Below are positions 29,012 to 37,941 of a stretch of DNA of 64,000 bases, piece after piece. A model generated the notes under the pieces. The model ran no database searches and was not told where the DNA came from. It saw only the letters and a list, made by a program, of their open reading frames with translations. Where the stretch lies: the NCBI GenBank assembly GCA_965279375.1, contig OZ257156.1, positions 4,256,001-4,320,000 of the forward strand. Reading direction: 5' to 3'. The translations under genes were made by a program, and so were the position numbers. This DNA is from Gemmatimonas sp. GTDB lineage: Bacteria > Gemmatimonadota > Gemmatimonadetes > Gemmatimonadales > Gemmatimonadaceae. The stretch's first letter is position 1. The number at the start of each line of letters is the position of its first letter.

Positions 29012-29471
29012 GGCCACCAGCGTCTCGCTCGCGCCGTGGTTCTGGTACGCGGTCGGCGTTGCGATTGTGATCGCCGCGGTGGTCCGGACGATCCAGCACA
29101 TGCGCGGCCGTCGACAGGAGTTGCTCCGCCGGCAGCACGCGTCGCGAGGCCTTCGTTCGTGACGCGCGATGATGAGGAGCAGATCGCCCAGTGGGCACGT
29201 GAGAGCGCGCCGGCGAATCCGGAGTTCGCCTGCAGCTCCCTCGTCTTCATCGTCGGTACCGCCGCGCTCGTGCTCCTGCTCGTCGTGGCCGTGATCGCCA
29301 ACGTCATCGCGGTGGTGCGCTATGTGGGCTGACCTGCAGCAACGCGTCGCGGCCTCCCTGCACCACACCGTACGGGGCTTCACCTGGCCGACACTGGTGC
29401 TGACGTTCGCGTTGCTCTGTGTAGTCTGCGCGGCGTTCTGCCCGGGACGCACCGAGGGAGACGCCGTATGA
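29004..29471 (+). CDS. Three coupled small membrane ORFs (29004-29162, 29159-29332, 29322-29471)
   Basis: Each has one hydrophobic helix and overlapping start/stop codons. Confidence 0.5.
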
Positions 29472-30100
29472 CGAGCCTCGCGATTCCACCGCGCCTCGCC
29501 GCACAGGTCCGTGTGCTGCAGTCGCCGGCACGTAATGTCGGGCCGCTGATCGCGCGCGCCCTGGCGTTCGCGGACCAGATCGGCATTCGCTGCACCCCCG
29601 CCCTCGATCCCGTCGATGAGGCAACGCGGCGCACCGCGCTCGCGGAGATCATTGAGACGCTCGACACCGACGATCTCACGGTACTGGCCTTCTGGGTCGC
29701 GGTATGGTGGGCGCCGCTGTCGGTCTCGACCGTCACGAAGTTCGCTGCGCATCTCGGCATCGATGCGAAGCGGTTGCTGCAGCGCGCCACGCGGGTGGAC
29801 GTGCCCAAGCTGCAGGCCGTGTTGCGGCACGCGAAGCTCACGCGCATCCGAGCACTCGCGCGCGCCGGATGGTCGCTCGAGGCGATCGCGCACGCCGCTG
29901 GATTCCGTCGCAGCAGCACGCTCGGCACGTGGGCGCGCGAGCACGATGTGGATCTCGCGCCGGATTCCGTGCCGGGGCCGATGGGCCTCGCGCTGCTCTA
30001 TGTCCGGGCGTACGTGCGGCCGCACGCCGCACGCTGGCGTCGCTTTGCGCCGTTCGTGCAGGAGCCGACCCTGCCGCGCGCCATGGCGAGGTTCGGATGA
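29468..30100 (+). CDS. AraC-like double-HTH regulator
   Basis: TVTKFAAHLGID...WSLEAIAHAAGFRRSSTLGTWARE. Confidence 0.6.
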   Translation: MTSLAIPPRLAAQVRVLQSPARNVGPLIARALAFADQIGIRCTPALDPVDEATRRTALAEIIETLDTDDLTVLAFWVAVWWAPLSVSTVTKFAAHLGIDAKRLLQRATRVDVPKLQAVLRHAKLTRIRALARAGWSLEAIAHAAGFRRSSTLGTWAREHDVDLAPDSVPGPMGLALLYVRAYVRPHAARWRRFAPFVQEPTLPRAMARFG

Positions 30101-30859
30101 CGCCGACCTCCCCGCCGTCTCGCGTGAGCCTGCGTGGACAGCATCGCCTCTACAACGCGGGATGTGCGTTGGCGTTCATCGCGCTCCTGCTGTTCTGGGG
30201 TGTCATCGTGATCAGCGCGTACGCGCTGTTGCGAGGGATGCGCTGATGAGGAATCGCGAAGCCTTCGATCCGGCCGTCATCGCGCGCCGTGGCATCAAGC
30301 GCTACAGCGAGGCGGCGAACGCCGCAGATCTCACGCGGTGTGCCACGATGCTTAACGCGCGGCTGCATCGATCGCTGGGCGAGATGAACGAGATGCGGGC
30401 GTGCATTGCCGAAGCGCGTCGGCATCACCGCCGCGCGCAGGGATTTCGCGCGATCGCGCGGCTCTCACAGCACACGCTCGATGTGTCGAACGGCCTTGTG
30501 CCCTACGTGTCGAGGATGGGATGAGCGCGCCACTCCTCCTCGTGCCACGTCGCACGTACCGTATCCTCACGGCCGACAACCGCGTGATCGATCGCGCCGT
30601 CTGGACCGGCACGGTGTTCCGCAAGCCGACGCGCACCGGTGGCGAGGTATTCACACGCGCCGAGGTCGAACGTGTGGCGGATCTCCCGTCGCGTTTCCGA
30701 GGCTCGTACTGGTGCGGTCGCTTGAAGTCGCGTCCGCATGTCTTTGTCCCGATCGCCGCGTGCGTCGACGCCCCCGCGCCGCGGGAGCAGCTGCGCGCGC
30801 TGCCCGATGTGCCTTGGGTGCACCCGATTCGCGCCCGTGCGCTCACGGGAGGGCGGTAG
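30097..30859 (+). CDS. Three coupled hypothetical ORFs (30097-30246 TM, 30246-30524, 30521-30859)
   Basis: ATGA/TGATG coupling; no family recognised. Confidence 0.5.
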
Positions 30860-30860
30860 G

Positions 30861-31253
30861 ATGGGCCGCCCGCGAAGCGATCTGCGGACGCGTGGTCCGC
30901 GCGACACGCGCCCGCTGCGTCCGCACGTGCGTGATCGGATGCTGTGGTTTCTGCACGCCTCTCCCGAGGGCGTGACGATCGCGGAAGTCCTCGGCTTCCT
31001 GCTGACGCGTCGCCCGGCCTCGCGCGACACGATCGCGCGCGTGCTCGCGGAGCTCGAGCGCGATGGCTTGGTCGAGACCGAGGCCGAGCCGGCGTGGCGT
31101 CGTCGCGCGCGTTCGCTACTCGCGAGTCCGGTCCGGCGATCGCTGCGTGGCCGTCCGCATGTGCTGTTCCGTCCAACCCGCGCGCTGCATGTGCTCGTGC
31201 GGGATCTCCCGGTGTTGGGCACGACGCCCACGCCCGCGCTCCCTCTGACCTGA
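30861..31253 (+). CDS. wHTH DNA-binding protein
   Basis: GVTIAEV...SRDTIARVLAELERDGLVE...GRPHVLF. Confidence 0.65.
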   Translation: MGRPRSDLRTRGPRDTRPLRPHVRDRMLWFLHASPEGVTIAEVLGFLLTRRPASRDTIARVLAELERDGLVETEAEPAWRRRARSLLASPVRRSLRGRPHVLFRPTRALHVLVRDLPVLGTTPTPALPLT

Positions 31254-31261
31254 CGAGACCG

Positions 31262-32002
31262 ATGGCCCCCCCGATCAAGCTCAAGCCGTTCGACCGTTCG
31301 CTGCTCAAGATTGCCGCGAAGAGCGCCGTGAAGGCGGCGAAGAAGTGCAAGTCCGCCGCGGTGGCGGCACTCCTGACAGAAGCCGAGTCCGAGGCCCATG
31401 CCATGGAGGGTTATGCCGACGAAGCCGTGCACTTCCTCGACGCGCCCGATGGGCCCGACAAGGATGAAGTGCAGCTCGTGCACGGCCATCGTGCGGCGTT
31501 GCGCACGGGCTGTCTGATCCTGATCGGCGAGCTCGAAGACATGGAAGAGGATCAGACGACGGTGCTGATCGATGCCGACGGCATCACCAGCACCAAGCGC
31601 CGCGCGGACGACTTCCGTCGCCTCGAGTCGATGCTGCGCGGCATTGAGGACCCGCAGGCCGGGCTCGCGATGGAGCCCACGACGCCGAACGCGCCGTCAC
31701 CGACGGACGCCCCCGAGGCGCCCACGGAGCCGACGTCGGACGAGGCGCAGGGCCCGTTCGATGCGCCAGCGGTGCCGTCCCCGTTGGCCCTGATGTCGGG
31801 CGAGCCGGTCGAGCTGGTCGTGCCGAGCGAGCACGAGATCGCCGACGCGGAATTCGAAGTGCTGGACGACGACGCGCCGCCGACGCCCGCCGCTGCGGCG
31901 CTTGCGCTCGAGACCGAGACCGATCTCTCGGATAACGACCTGTCGGACGAGACGCTCGACGCGATCATCGACGACGATACGCCGATCGGGAGCCGCGCAT
32001 GA
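31262..32002 (+). CDS. Phage protein with highly acidic C-terminal tail
   Basis: Helical N-terminus and D/E/P-rich C-terminus. Confidence 0.65.
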   Translation: MAPPIKLKPFDRSLLKIAAKSAVKAAKKCKSAAVAALLTEAESEAHAMEGYADEAVHFLDAPDGPDKDEVQLVHGHRAALRTGCLILIGELEDMEEDQTTVLIDADGITSTKRRADDFRRLESMLRGIEDPQAGLAMEPTTPNAPSPTDAPEAPTEPTSDEAQGPFDAPAVPSPLALMSGEPVELVVPSEHEIADAEFEVLDDDAPPTPAAAALALETETDLSDNDLSDETLDAIIDDDTPIGSRA

Positions 32003-32917
32003 GCATGGGCGGCGGGACGGCGATGAATGTCAGCGGCGTGGCGGCATTCAAGAACACGGGGGCTGGACAACCGGTGGGCCTGAACGTGCGCGCCACGGTG
32101 GCGTCGCCCGCCCTGCCGGTGATCGAGAGCCTCGCGGAGCGGATCGGTGATTGCGGCCGTGACGTAGGACAGCTGGTCGAGCGCTCCGCGCACATGCTGC
32201 ATCGGCTGACCGGCAACGCCCCGATCTTGTACGACGAGAACGGCGGTGTTCCAGCGGAGCCCGGCAGTACGCTGGGGCAGCTCCACGCGCGCATCGAACG
32301 GCTCGATCGAGAAATCACCGCCATGCGGCGACTCGTCGACGCGCTGGAGGTCCTGTGAGCCGCCGCGCCTACAAGGCCCGCCGGGCGCAGCGCGCGAACC
32401 GGGTACGGGCGGAGGACGGGAACGGCATGGCGCATGGGCGCTGTGCCGTGTGCAACGACACGCGCCCCCTGGTCGCCACGACGGGGCTCTGCCGGCAGTG
32501 CACCGCGGACGGGGAGGCGATGATGCAGCCGATCCGTGCGACGTCGATGGGACTGCGCGCATGAGTCACCACTCGCTGCGCGCACGCGCCGCCGCTTACG
32601 AGATGCAGGTCTTGGCCAAGACCTTGGAGGCGGCACTCAACGGCGCGCCTGGCGAAGTCACCGGGCGCCCCAAGCGCGGCTTCACGCTGTTCGTCTTTCC
32701 CTTCGACGATCCAAAGGCGGAGGCGCTCTACATCAGCAACGCGAATCGGCAGGAGCTGCTGATCTCGGTGCTGTCGTTCCTGCACACGCAGCCGAAGGAC
32801 GCGATGGCCGCGGCGTTCGCGCGCTTCGAGCAGCTGATGGCGGAAGCGGTGATCGAGGAGCTCATCGCGCCGCCTGGCGAATCCCCGGAGCCCCCGCAGG
32901 ACGGAGTGCCGGAGTGA
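31999..32917 (+). CDS. Three coupled hypothetical ORFs (31999-32358, 32355-32564 with CxxC..CxxC, 32561-32917)
   Basis: Coupled starts and stops; protein-like composition. Confidence 0.55.
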
Positions 32918-33546
32918 TGGCTCGGCATTTCTCGTATCGCCGCGATGGAGCGAGTGCCTTCACGCCCGACGTGATCGCGAAGGTGCAGCGACACGCCGGC
33001 AAGGCGCGCGCCCGCAATGCCAGCGGCGCGGGGATCGAAGATCTGATCGAGCGGACACACGCCGTGTATGCGGCGCGTGGTCAGGCGCACCTGACGAAGC
33101 AGGAAGTCCCCACGATCGGGCCGCCGACGGCGCGCCGCGTCGTCGGCTATGCGATCGTCGACTACCTCGGCTTCGAGCAGGGCGGCCGCGGTCTCGCGCT
33201 GGATGTGAAGGGCGTGACCGGCCGGACCGCGCTCGAAGTCCCGACGATCCTGCCCATCGCGCACAAGCACCACAAGCAGTCGGTGCGCGATCATGAGCGC
33301 ATTCGCGAACAGGCCAAGTACCTGCTCACGGTGCGGCGCCTCAACGTCTCCGTCGCGTTCCTGTGCGTCGACAAGACGCGTGAGCGCGCGTGGATCATGA
33401 CCGATGTCGAGCGGGTGGCGCGAGGCGAGGACGTGCCGCTGCGCACGCGTGACACCGATCTCTGGCCGGCCGTGCCGTTCGCCTCGGTCGAGGCGATCGC
33501 GCGCGGCGAGCCGTTGATCGATTACCTCAGCGTGTGGGCCCGATGA
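32917..33546 (+). CDS. RecU-like PD-(D/E)xK Holliday junction resolvase
   Basis: IEDLIERTHAVY...KQEVPT...VDYLG...ALDVK...EQAKYL. Confidence 0.7.
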   Translation: MARHFSYRRDGASAFTPDVIAKVQRHAGKARARNASGAGIEDLIERTHAVYAARGQAHLTKQEVPTIGPPTARRVVGYAIVDYLGFEQGGRGLALDVKGVTGRTALEVPTILPIAHKHHKQSVRDHERIREQAKYLLTVRRLNVSVAFLCVDKTRERAWIMTDVERVARGEDVPLRTRDTDLWPAVPFASVEAIARGEPLIDYLSVWAR

Positions 33547-34465
33547 GCACCCCCACACGTCCGCTGCCCGGTCGCGTCGTACGTCCGCGCAAGGCCGGCA
33601 CGCACTACGTCGTGCGCGATGCGCACGGCGATGCGCGGAACACCGGCCGCACCAAGAGCGAAGCGCTCGCCCCGCATGCCGGCCTGCTGCACAAGCGCGT
33701 CGTCTACGGCAGTGATCAACCGACCCCGCTGCGCAAAGGCCGTCTCTGGCTGTTCCTGTTTCGGCGTGGCTGGCGCTGCACGCTGGAACCACTCCCCCTC
33801 ACGCTGCAGCGCCCCACCACAGCGCTGGCAGCTCGTCACGCCGCCCCACGCCCGAGGACACGATGAGCCCGACCACGGCGCCGCCGGATGAACCACCGGC
33901 CCTGCCCCATGAACGCCAGATCACGACGCTGCTGCGCAACGCCGATGAAGCAGCGTGGAAGATTCCGAGCGCCCTGACGGCACGGTTGCCGTTCGCGACG
34001 TTCGCGCTCGGCATCGATCGCGCGAGCCCAAAGGCACCGGCCACGCTGGTGCTGCAGACGACGCTCCCCTGCCCGCCCCCGACGACCGAGGAGTGCGCGC
34101 GCTACCGGCTCCTGCCCGGGATCCCGCGCTATGCCCTCACGGTGCCGGAGGATTGCTGGTCCGGCAGCATCACGGTGGCGCTGACGCAGGGGGTGACGTT
34201 GTCGCCTGACGACGCCCTTGCGTTGTTGGCTGGGGAGAACTTCACCGACCTGGCCACGAAGGCCCCGCCCAACGGACGGCCCTTCACCGTCACCTGGCTC
34301 ACGGCGCTCGCGAATCTCGCCACCGCCACGATGCACATGCATTGGCAGGGGCTCGCGCTGCGCTACGACCGGCACGCCGTGCATCGCGTCCGCGCGGCCG
34401 TGCGGGAGCACGCCCTGAGCCTGCACGGCGCATGGGGACAACCACTGACCGGAGAGGTCCGCTGA
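33543..34465 (+). CDS. Two coupled hypothetical ORFs (33543-33866, 33863-34465)
   Basis: ATGA coupling. Confidence 0.55.
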
Positions 34466-35643
34466 TGTCGACGAATACACTGCCGCCGTTTGTGCCGGAC
34501 GCCCTGGTGATCCGCACGACCGGTTCCGATGGCGCTGCCTATGGGGGCTTCCAATGGCCGCGCGAAGTGGGCGCGATCGTCACCGCACCAGACTGGGATC
34601 CGGCGCCGATCTGCGGACACGGCCTGCACGGCCTGCTCGATGGCGACGGTAACTGGTCGTACTTGAGCGACGCCTCGGACGCCTTGTGGTGGATCGTCGA
34701 AGTCGTGCGCGCCGAGTGCGTCGTGATCGATGGCGACAAGGTGAAGTTCCCGCGCTGCCGGGTGAAGAGCATCGGCCAGAGTGCGGCCGCGGTGCGGGAG
34801 ATCATGGCGGCACATCGAGCGCGCGTCGCCGAGATCATCGCGGAAGCGATGCAGTCTGCCACGGCAACGATCGCGACGGCCGACGAGACGTCGGCCGTGG
34901 GCCATGGCGTCCGCGGCCACGCGAGCAGCCATGGCGTCCGCGGCCACGCGAGCAGCCATGGCGACAGCGGCCACGCGAGCAGCCATGGCGTCCGCGGCCA
35001 CGCGAGCAGCCATGGCGACAGCGGCCACGCGAGCAGCCATGGCGACAGCGGCCACGCGAGCAGCCATGGCGACAGCGGCCACGCGAGCAGCCATGGCGAC
35101 AGCGGCCACGCGAGCAGCCATGGCGTCCGCGGCCACGCGAGCAGCCATGGATACCGCGGCCACGCGAGCAGCCATGGATACCGCGGCCACGCGAGCAGCC
35201 ATGGCGTCCGCGGCCACGCGAGCAGCCATGGCGACAGCGGCCACGCGAGCAGCCATGGCGTCCGCGGCCACGCGAGCAGCCATGGCGACAGCGGCCACGC
35301 GAGCAGCCATGGCGTCCGCGGCCACGCGAGCAGCCATGGCGACAGCGGCCACGCGAGCAGCCATGGCGACAGCGGCCACGCGAGCAGCCATGGCGACAGC
35401 GGCCACGCGAGCGTCGCGGGCAAGCAGAGCATCGCGGCGGCACTCGGACCCAACTCGCGTGCGAAAGCGGGTGCGGACGGATGGATCGTCTGCACCGCCT
35501 GGAACATCCCCGATCGCTGGGATCAGCGCACGTGGTCGATCGCGTGTGTGAAAGCGGCGAAGGTCGGCGGCCCGGAAGGCATCAAGCCCGACACTTGGTA
35601 CGCACTCTCGTTCGATGGCGTCTTCGAAGAGGTGGCGTCATGA
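34465..35643 (+). CDS. Phage protein (DUF7666-like N-terminus) with 9-aa His-rich tandem repeats
   Basis: GGFQWP...CGHGLHG...KVKFP N-domain, (GHASSHG-xx)n centre, GIKPDTWYAL C-terminus. Confidence 0.85.
   Translation: MSTNTLPPFVPDALVIRTTGSDGAAYGGFQWPREVGAIVTAPDWDPAPICGHGLHGLLDGDGNWSYLSDASDALWWIVEVVRAECVVIDGDKVKFPRCRVKSIGQSAAAVREIMAAHRARVAEIIAEAMQSATATIATADETSAVGHGVRGHASSHGVRGHASSHGDSGHASSHGVRGHASSHGDSGHASSHGDSGHASSHGDSGHASSHGDSGHASSHGVRGHASSHGYRGHASSHGYRGHASSHGVRGHASSHGDSGHASSHGVRGHASSHGDSGHASSHGVRGHASSHGDSGHASSHGDSGHASSHGDSGHASVAGKQSIAAALGPNSRAKAGADGWIVCTAWNIPDRWDQRTWSIACVKAAKVGGPEGIKPDTWYALSFDGVFEEVAS
34901..35412 (+). repeat. 27-bp coding tandem repeat, 19 units
   Basis: GCCATGG[CGTCCGC/CGACAGC/ATACCGC]GGCCACGCGAGCA units counted from the translation. 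Confidence 0.95.
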
Positions 35644-36008
35644 TGCGCGACTACGTCACACGGATCTTCGTCTTCGGTTCGAATCTCGCCGGCCACCATG
35701 GGGGCGGATCGGCACGCGCCGCCATGGATGAACACGGCGCCGTGTGGGGCGTCGGTATCGGCCCCACAGGCAACGCGTACGCCATCCCGACGTGCGACGA
35801 GCGCATCGCGCCGCTCCCGATCGACGTGATCGCCGATCACGTGCGCACCTTCCTCGTGTACGCGGCGTCGCATCCGTTCGACGTCGTCGCGATCGGGACT
35901 GGCATCGCGGGATTCACGGCCGAGCAGATGGCCCCGTTGTTCGCTGGCGCCCCGGAGAACGTCGTGTTGCCGTCGGGTTGGCGCGAGATCGCGGGGCCAC
36001 CCCGATGA
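35640..36008 (+). CDS. A1S_2505-family phage non-structural protein (macro-domain-like)
   Basis: IFVFGSNLAGHHGGGSA...YAIPT...IGTGIAG. Confidence 0.8.
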   Translation: MMRDYVTRIFVFGSNLAGHHGGGSARAAMDEHGAVWGVGIGPTGNAYAIPTCDERIAPLPIDVIADHVRTFLVYAASHPFDVVAIGTGIAGFTAEQMAPLFAGAPENVVLPSGWREIAGPPR

Positions 36009-36187
36009 AGACCCTGGGCAACGTCTTCTTCGGCGCCTGGTTGCTGCTGACGGTGTCGATTCCCGTCGTGCTGTGCACGTGGCCGCGTGATCGCTTCATG
36101 CAGCGCCGACACGGCTGGTGGATCGCGTGGTTCGCCTTCCTGTTCGCCACGATGGCGATCACGCTGTACGCCAGGAAGTGGGCATGA
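36005..36187 (+). CDS. Small 2-TM membrane protein
   Basis: Two hydrophobic helices; coupled at both ends. Confidence 0.6.
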   Translation: MKTLGNVFFGAWLLLTVSIPVVLCTWPRDRFMQRRHGWWIAWFAFLFATMAITLYARKWA

Positions 36188-37941
36188 CGGCGGCGACGCT
36201 GCAGTTCTCCGACGACGTCGTGACCGCGTTGCTGCGTTCCCGCATGTTGGTGCAGGCCAACAGTGGCGGCGGCAAGTCGCACTTGTTGCGCACGCTGCTC
36301 GAGCAGACGCACGGGCACGTGCAGCACCTCGTGCTCGATCCGGAAGGCGAGTTCTCGACCCTGCGGAGCGCCTTCCCGTATGTGCTGGCGGGGAAGGACG
36401 GCGACGTGCCCGCGCATCCGAAGGTGGCGCGCGTGCTGTGCCGTCGCCTCGTCGAACTGGGCGCGTCCGCGATCGTGGATCTCTACGATCTGTCGATCAC
36501 GGAGCGTCGCGAGTTCGTGAAGCTGTTCCTGCTCGAGCTCATGGCGTTGCCGCGCGCGCTGTGGAAGCCGGTGCTCGTCGTGCTCGATGAAGCGCACGTC
36601 TTCTGTCCGGAGCGTGGCAGTGGCGAGGCCCAGAGCACCGAGGCGGTCGTCGCGCTGTGCACGCAGGGCCGGAAGCGTGGCTTCGCGGCTGTGCTGGCCA
36701 CCCAGCGGATCAGCAAGCTCCATAAGGACGCTGCGGCGGAGCTGCTCAACAAAGCGGTCGGGCGCACCGGCCTCGACGTCGACATGCGGCGCGCTGGAGA
36801 CGAGCTGGGTTTCGACAAGGAGCAGCGCAGTCATCTGCGCGAGCTCGCGCCAGGCGAATTCTTCGTGTACGGCCCGGCGCTGGGAGCGGCGGTGCGCAAA
36901 GTGCGGACGGCCGCAGTGCGTACTGTGCATCCGGACGCGGGGGGCGCGAGTGTCCGCACCCTGTATCCCGCGCAGGCGAACGTGCAGGCGATGATCACGC
37001 AGCTCGGCGATCTTCCGTCGGAAGCCGCGCGCGAGGCCGAGACGGTTGCGGAGCTGCAGCGCACCGTGGCAGGCCTCCGCACCGAGCTGCGGAGGGCGCA
37101 GCAGGGCAAGCCCGCCATGCGGGTCGATGTCGACGCCACGAAGACGGTCGAGTCGCTCGAGCGGCTGCGTCGCGACATCACGCACGTGGGCGAGGTGAAT
37201 CAGCGCCTACAGGCCGGGATGGCGTCATTCACCGAGCGGGTGCGGACGGTCGCGGCGCAACTCCGCAGCGCGGTGTCGTCCCTCGATGCTGTCGAGATGG
37301 AGGCCCAGCGTGCCGCCGAGGCCACGGCAGTACCGCCGGCGACGCCCGATGTCGTGCGCACGCGGACGAGCATCACGCCGAGCACGAGCCGTCGCGTCAC
37401 CGTTGATGGTCCGTCACTGCCCAGCGCGGACGCGCTCGGTCGTCCGATCTCCGGACCGCAGCAGCGGATGCTCAACGCGTTGCGCGAGTTCGAAGTGCTC
37501 GGCCTGCAGGCCCCGGCCTACAGCCACGTCGCGATCTGGTCGGGGCAGAGCCCCAAGTCCTCGGGCTTCGACAAGAACCTCAGCACCCTGAGTGCGCTCG
37601 GTCTCGTGGCCCGACAGTCTGGCAAGCGCCTCAGCCTCACGGCGGATGGCCGGGCCAGTGCGGCCACCGTCACGAAGCTCCGCACCCTCACCGACCTCCA
37701 CGACGCGTGGATCGGCTACGTGTCGGGCCCTCAGCAGCGGATGCTGCGCGCCCTGATCGACTGCTACCCGGACAGCCTGTCACGTGAGCAACTCGCGAGC
37801 GCGAGCGACCAAAGCGTGACCTCGTCCGGCTTCGACAAGAACTGTTCGACGCTGAGCGGCTTGGGCCTGCTGGCCCGACGGGCGGGCAAGCAACTCGCCG
37901 CCGGCGACCTTCTCTTCCCCGAGGGCATGATCCGTGAGTGA
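36184..37941 (+). CDS. HerA/FtsK-like (DUF87) ATPase with coiled coil and two C-terminal wHTH-like repeats
   Basis: ANSGGGKS, LDPEGE, VLDEAH, GRKRG and ATQR motifs. Confidence 0.85.
   Translation: MTAATLQFSDDVVTALLRSRMLVQANSGGGKSHLLRTLLEQTHGHVQHLVLDPEGEFSTLRSAFPYVLAGKDGDVPAHPKVARVLCRRLVELGASAIVDLYDLSITERREFVKLFLLELMALPRALWKPVLVVLDEAHVFCPERGSGEAQSTEAVVALCTQGRKRGFAAVLATQRISKLHKDAAAELLNKAVGRTGLDVDMRRAGDELGFDKEQRSHLRELAPGEFFVYGPALGAAVRKVRTAAVRTVHPDAGGASVRTLYPAQANVQAMITQLGDLPSEAAREAETVAELQRTVAGLRTELRRAQQGKPAMRVDVDATKTVESLERLRRDITHVGEVNQRLQAGMASFTERVRTVAAQLRSAVSSLDAVEMEAQRAAEATAVPPATPDVVRTRTSITPSTSRRVTVDGPSLPSADALGRPISGPQQRMLNALREFEVLGLQAPAYSHVAIWSGQSPKSSGFDKNLSTLSALGLVARQSGKRLSLTADGRASAATVTKLRTLTDLHDAWIGYVSGPQQRMLRALIDCYPDSLSREQLASASDQSVTSSGFDKNCSTLSGLGLLARRAGKQLAAGDLLFPEGMIRE

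Noticed and set aside
34901..35412. Possible CRISPR array or diversity-generating element
   Set aside because: Units are contiguous 27-mers with no unique spacers and stay in frame within a gene; no cas or reverse transcriptase gene is present.
34363..36008. Repeat ORFs in the other five frames (MAARVAAV, PWLLAW, PREQPW, etc.)
   Set aside because: Artefacts of a stop-free 27-bp repeat. Only the frame with recognisable N- and C-terminal domains and coupled ends is credible.
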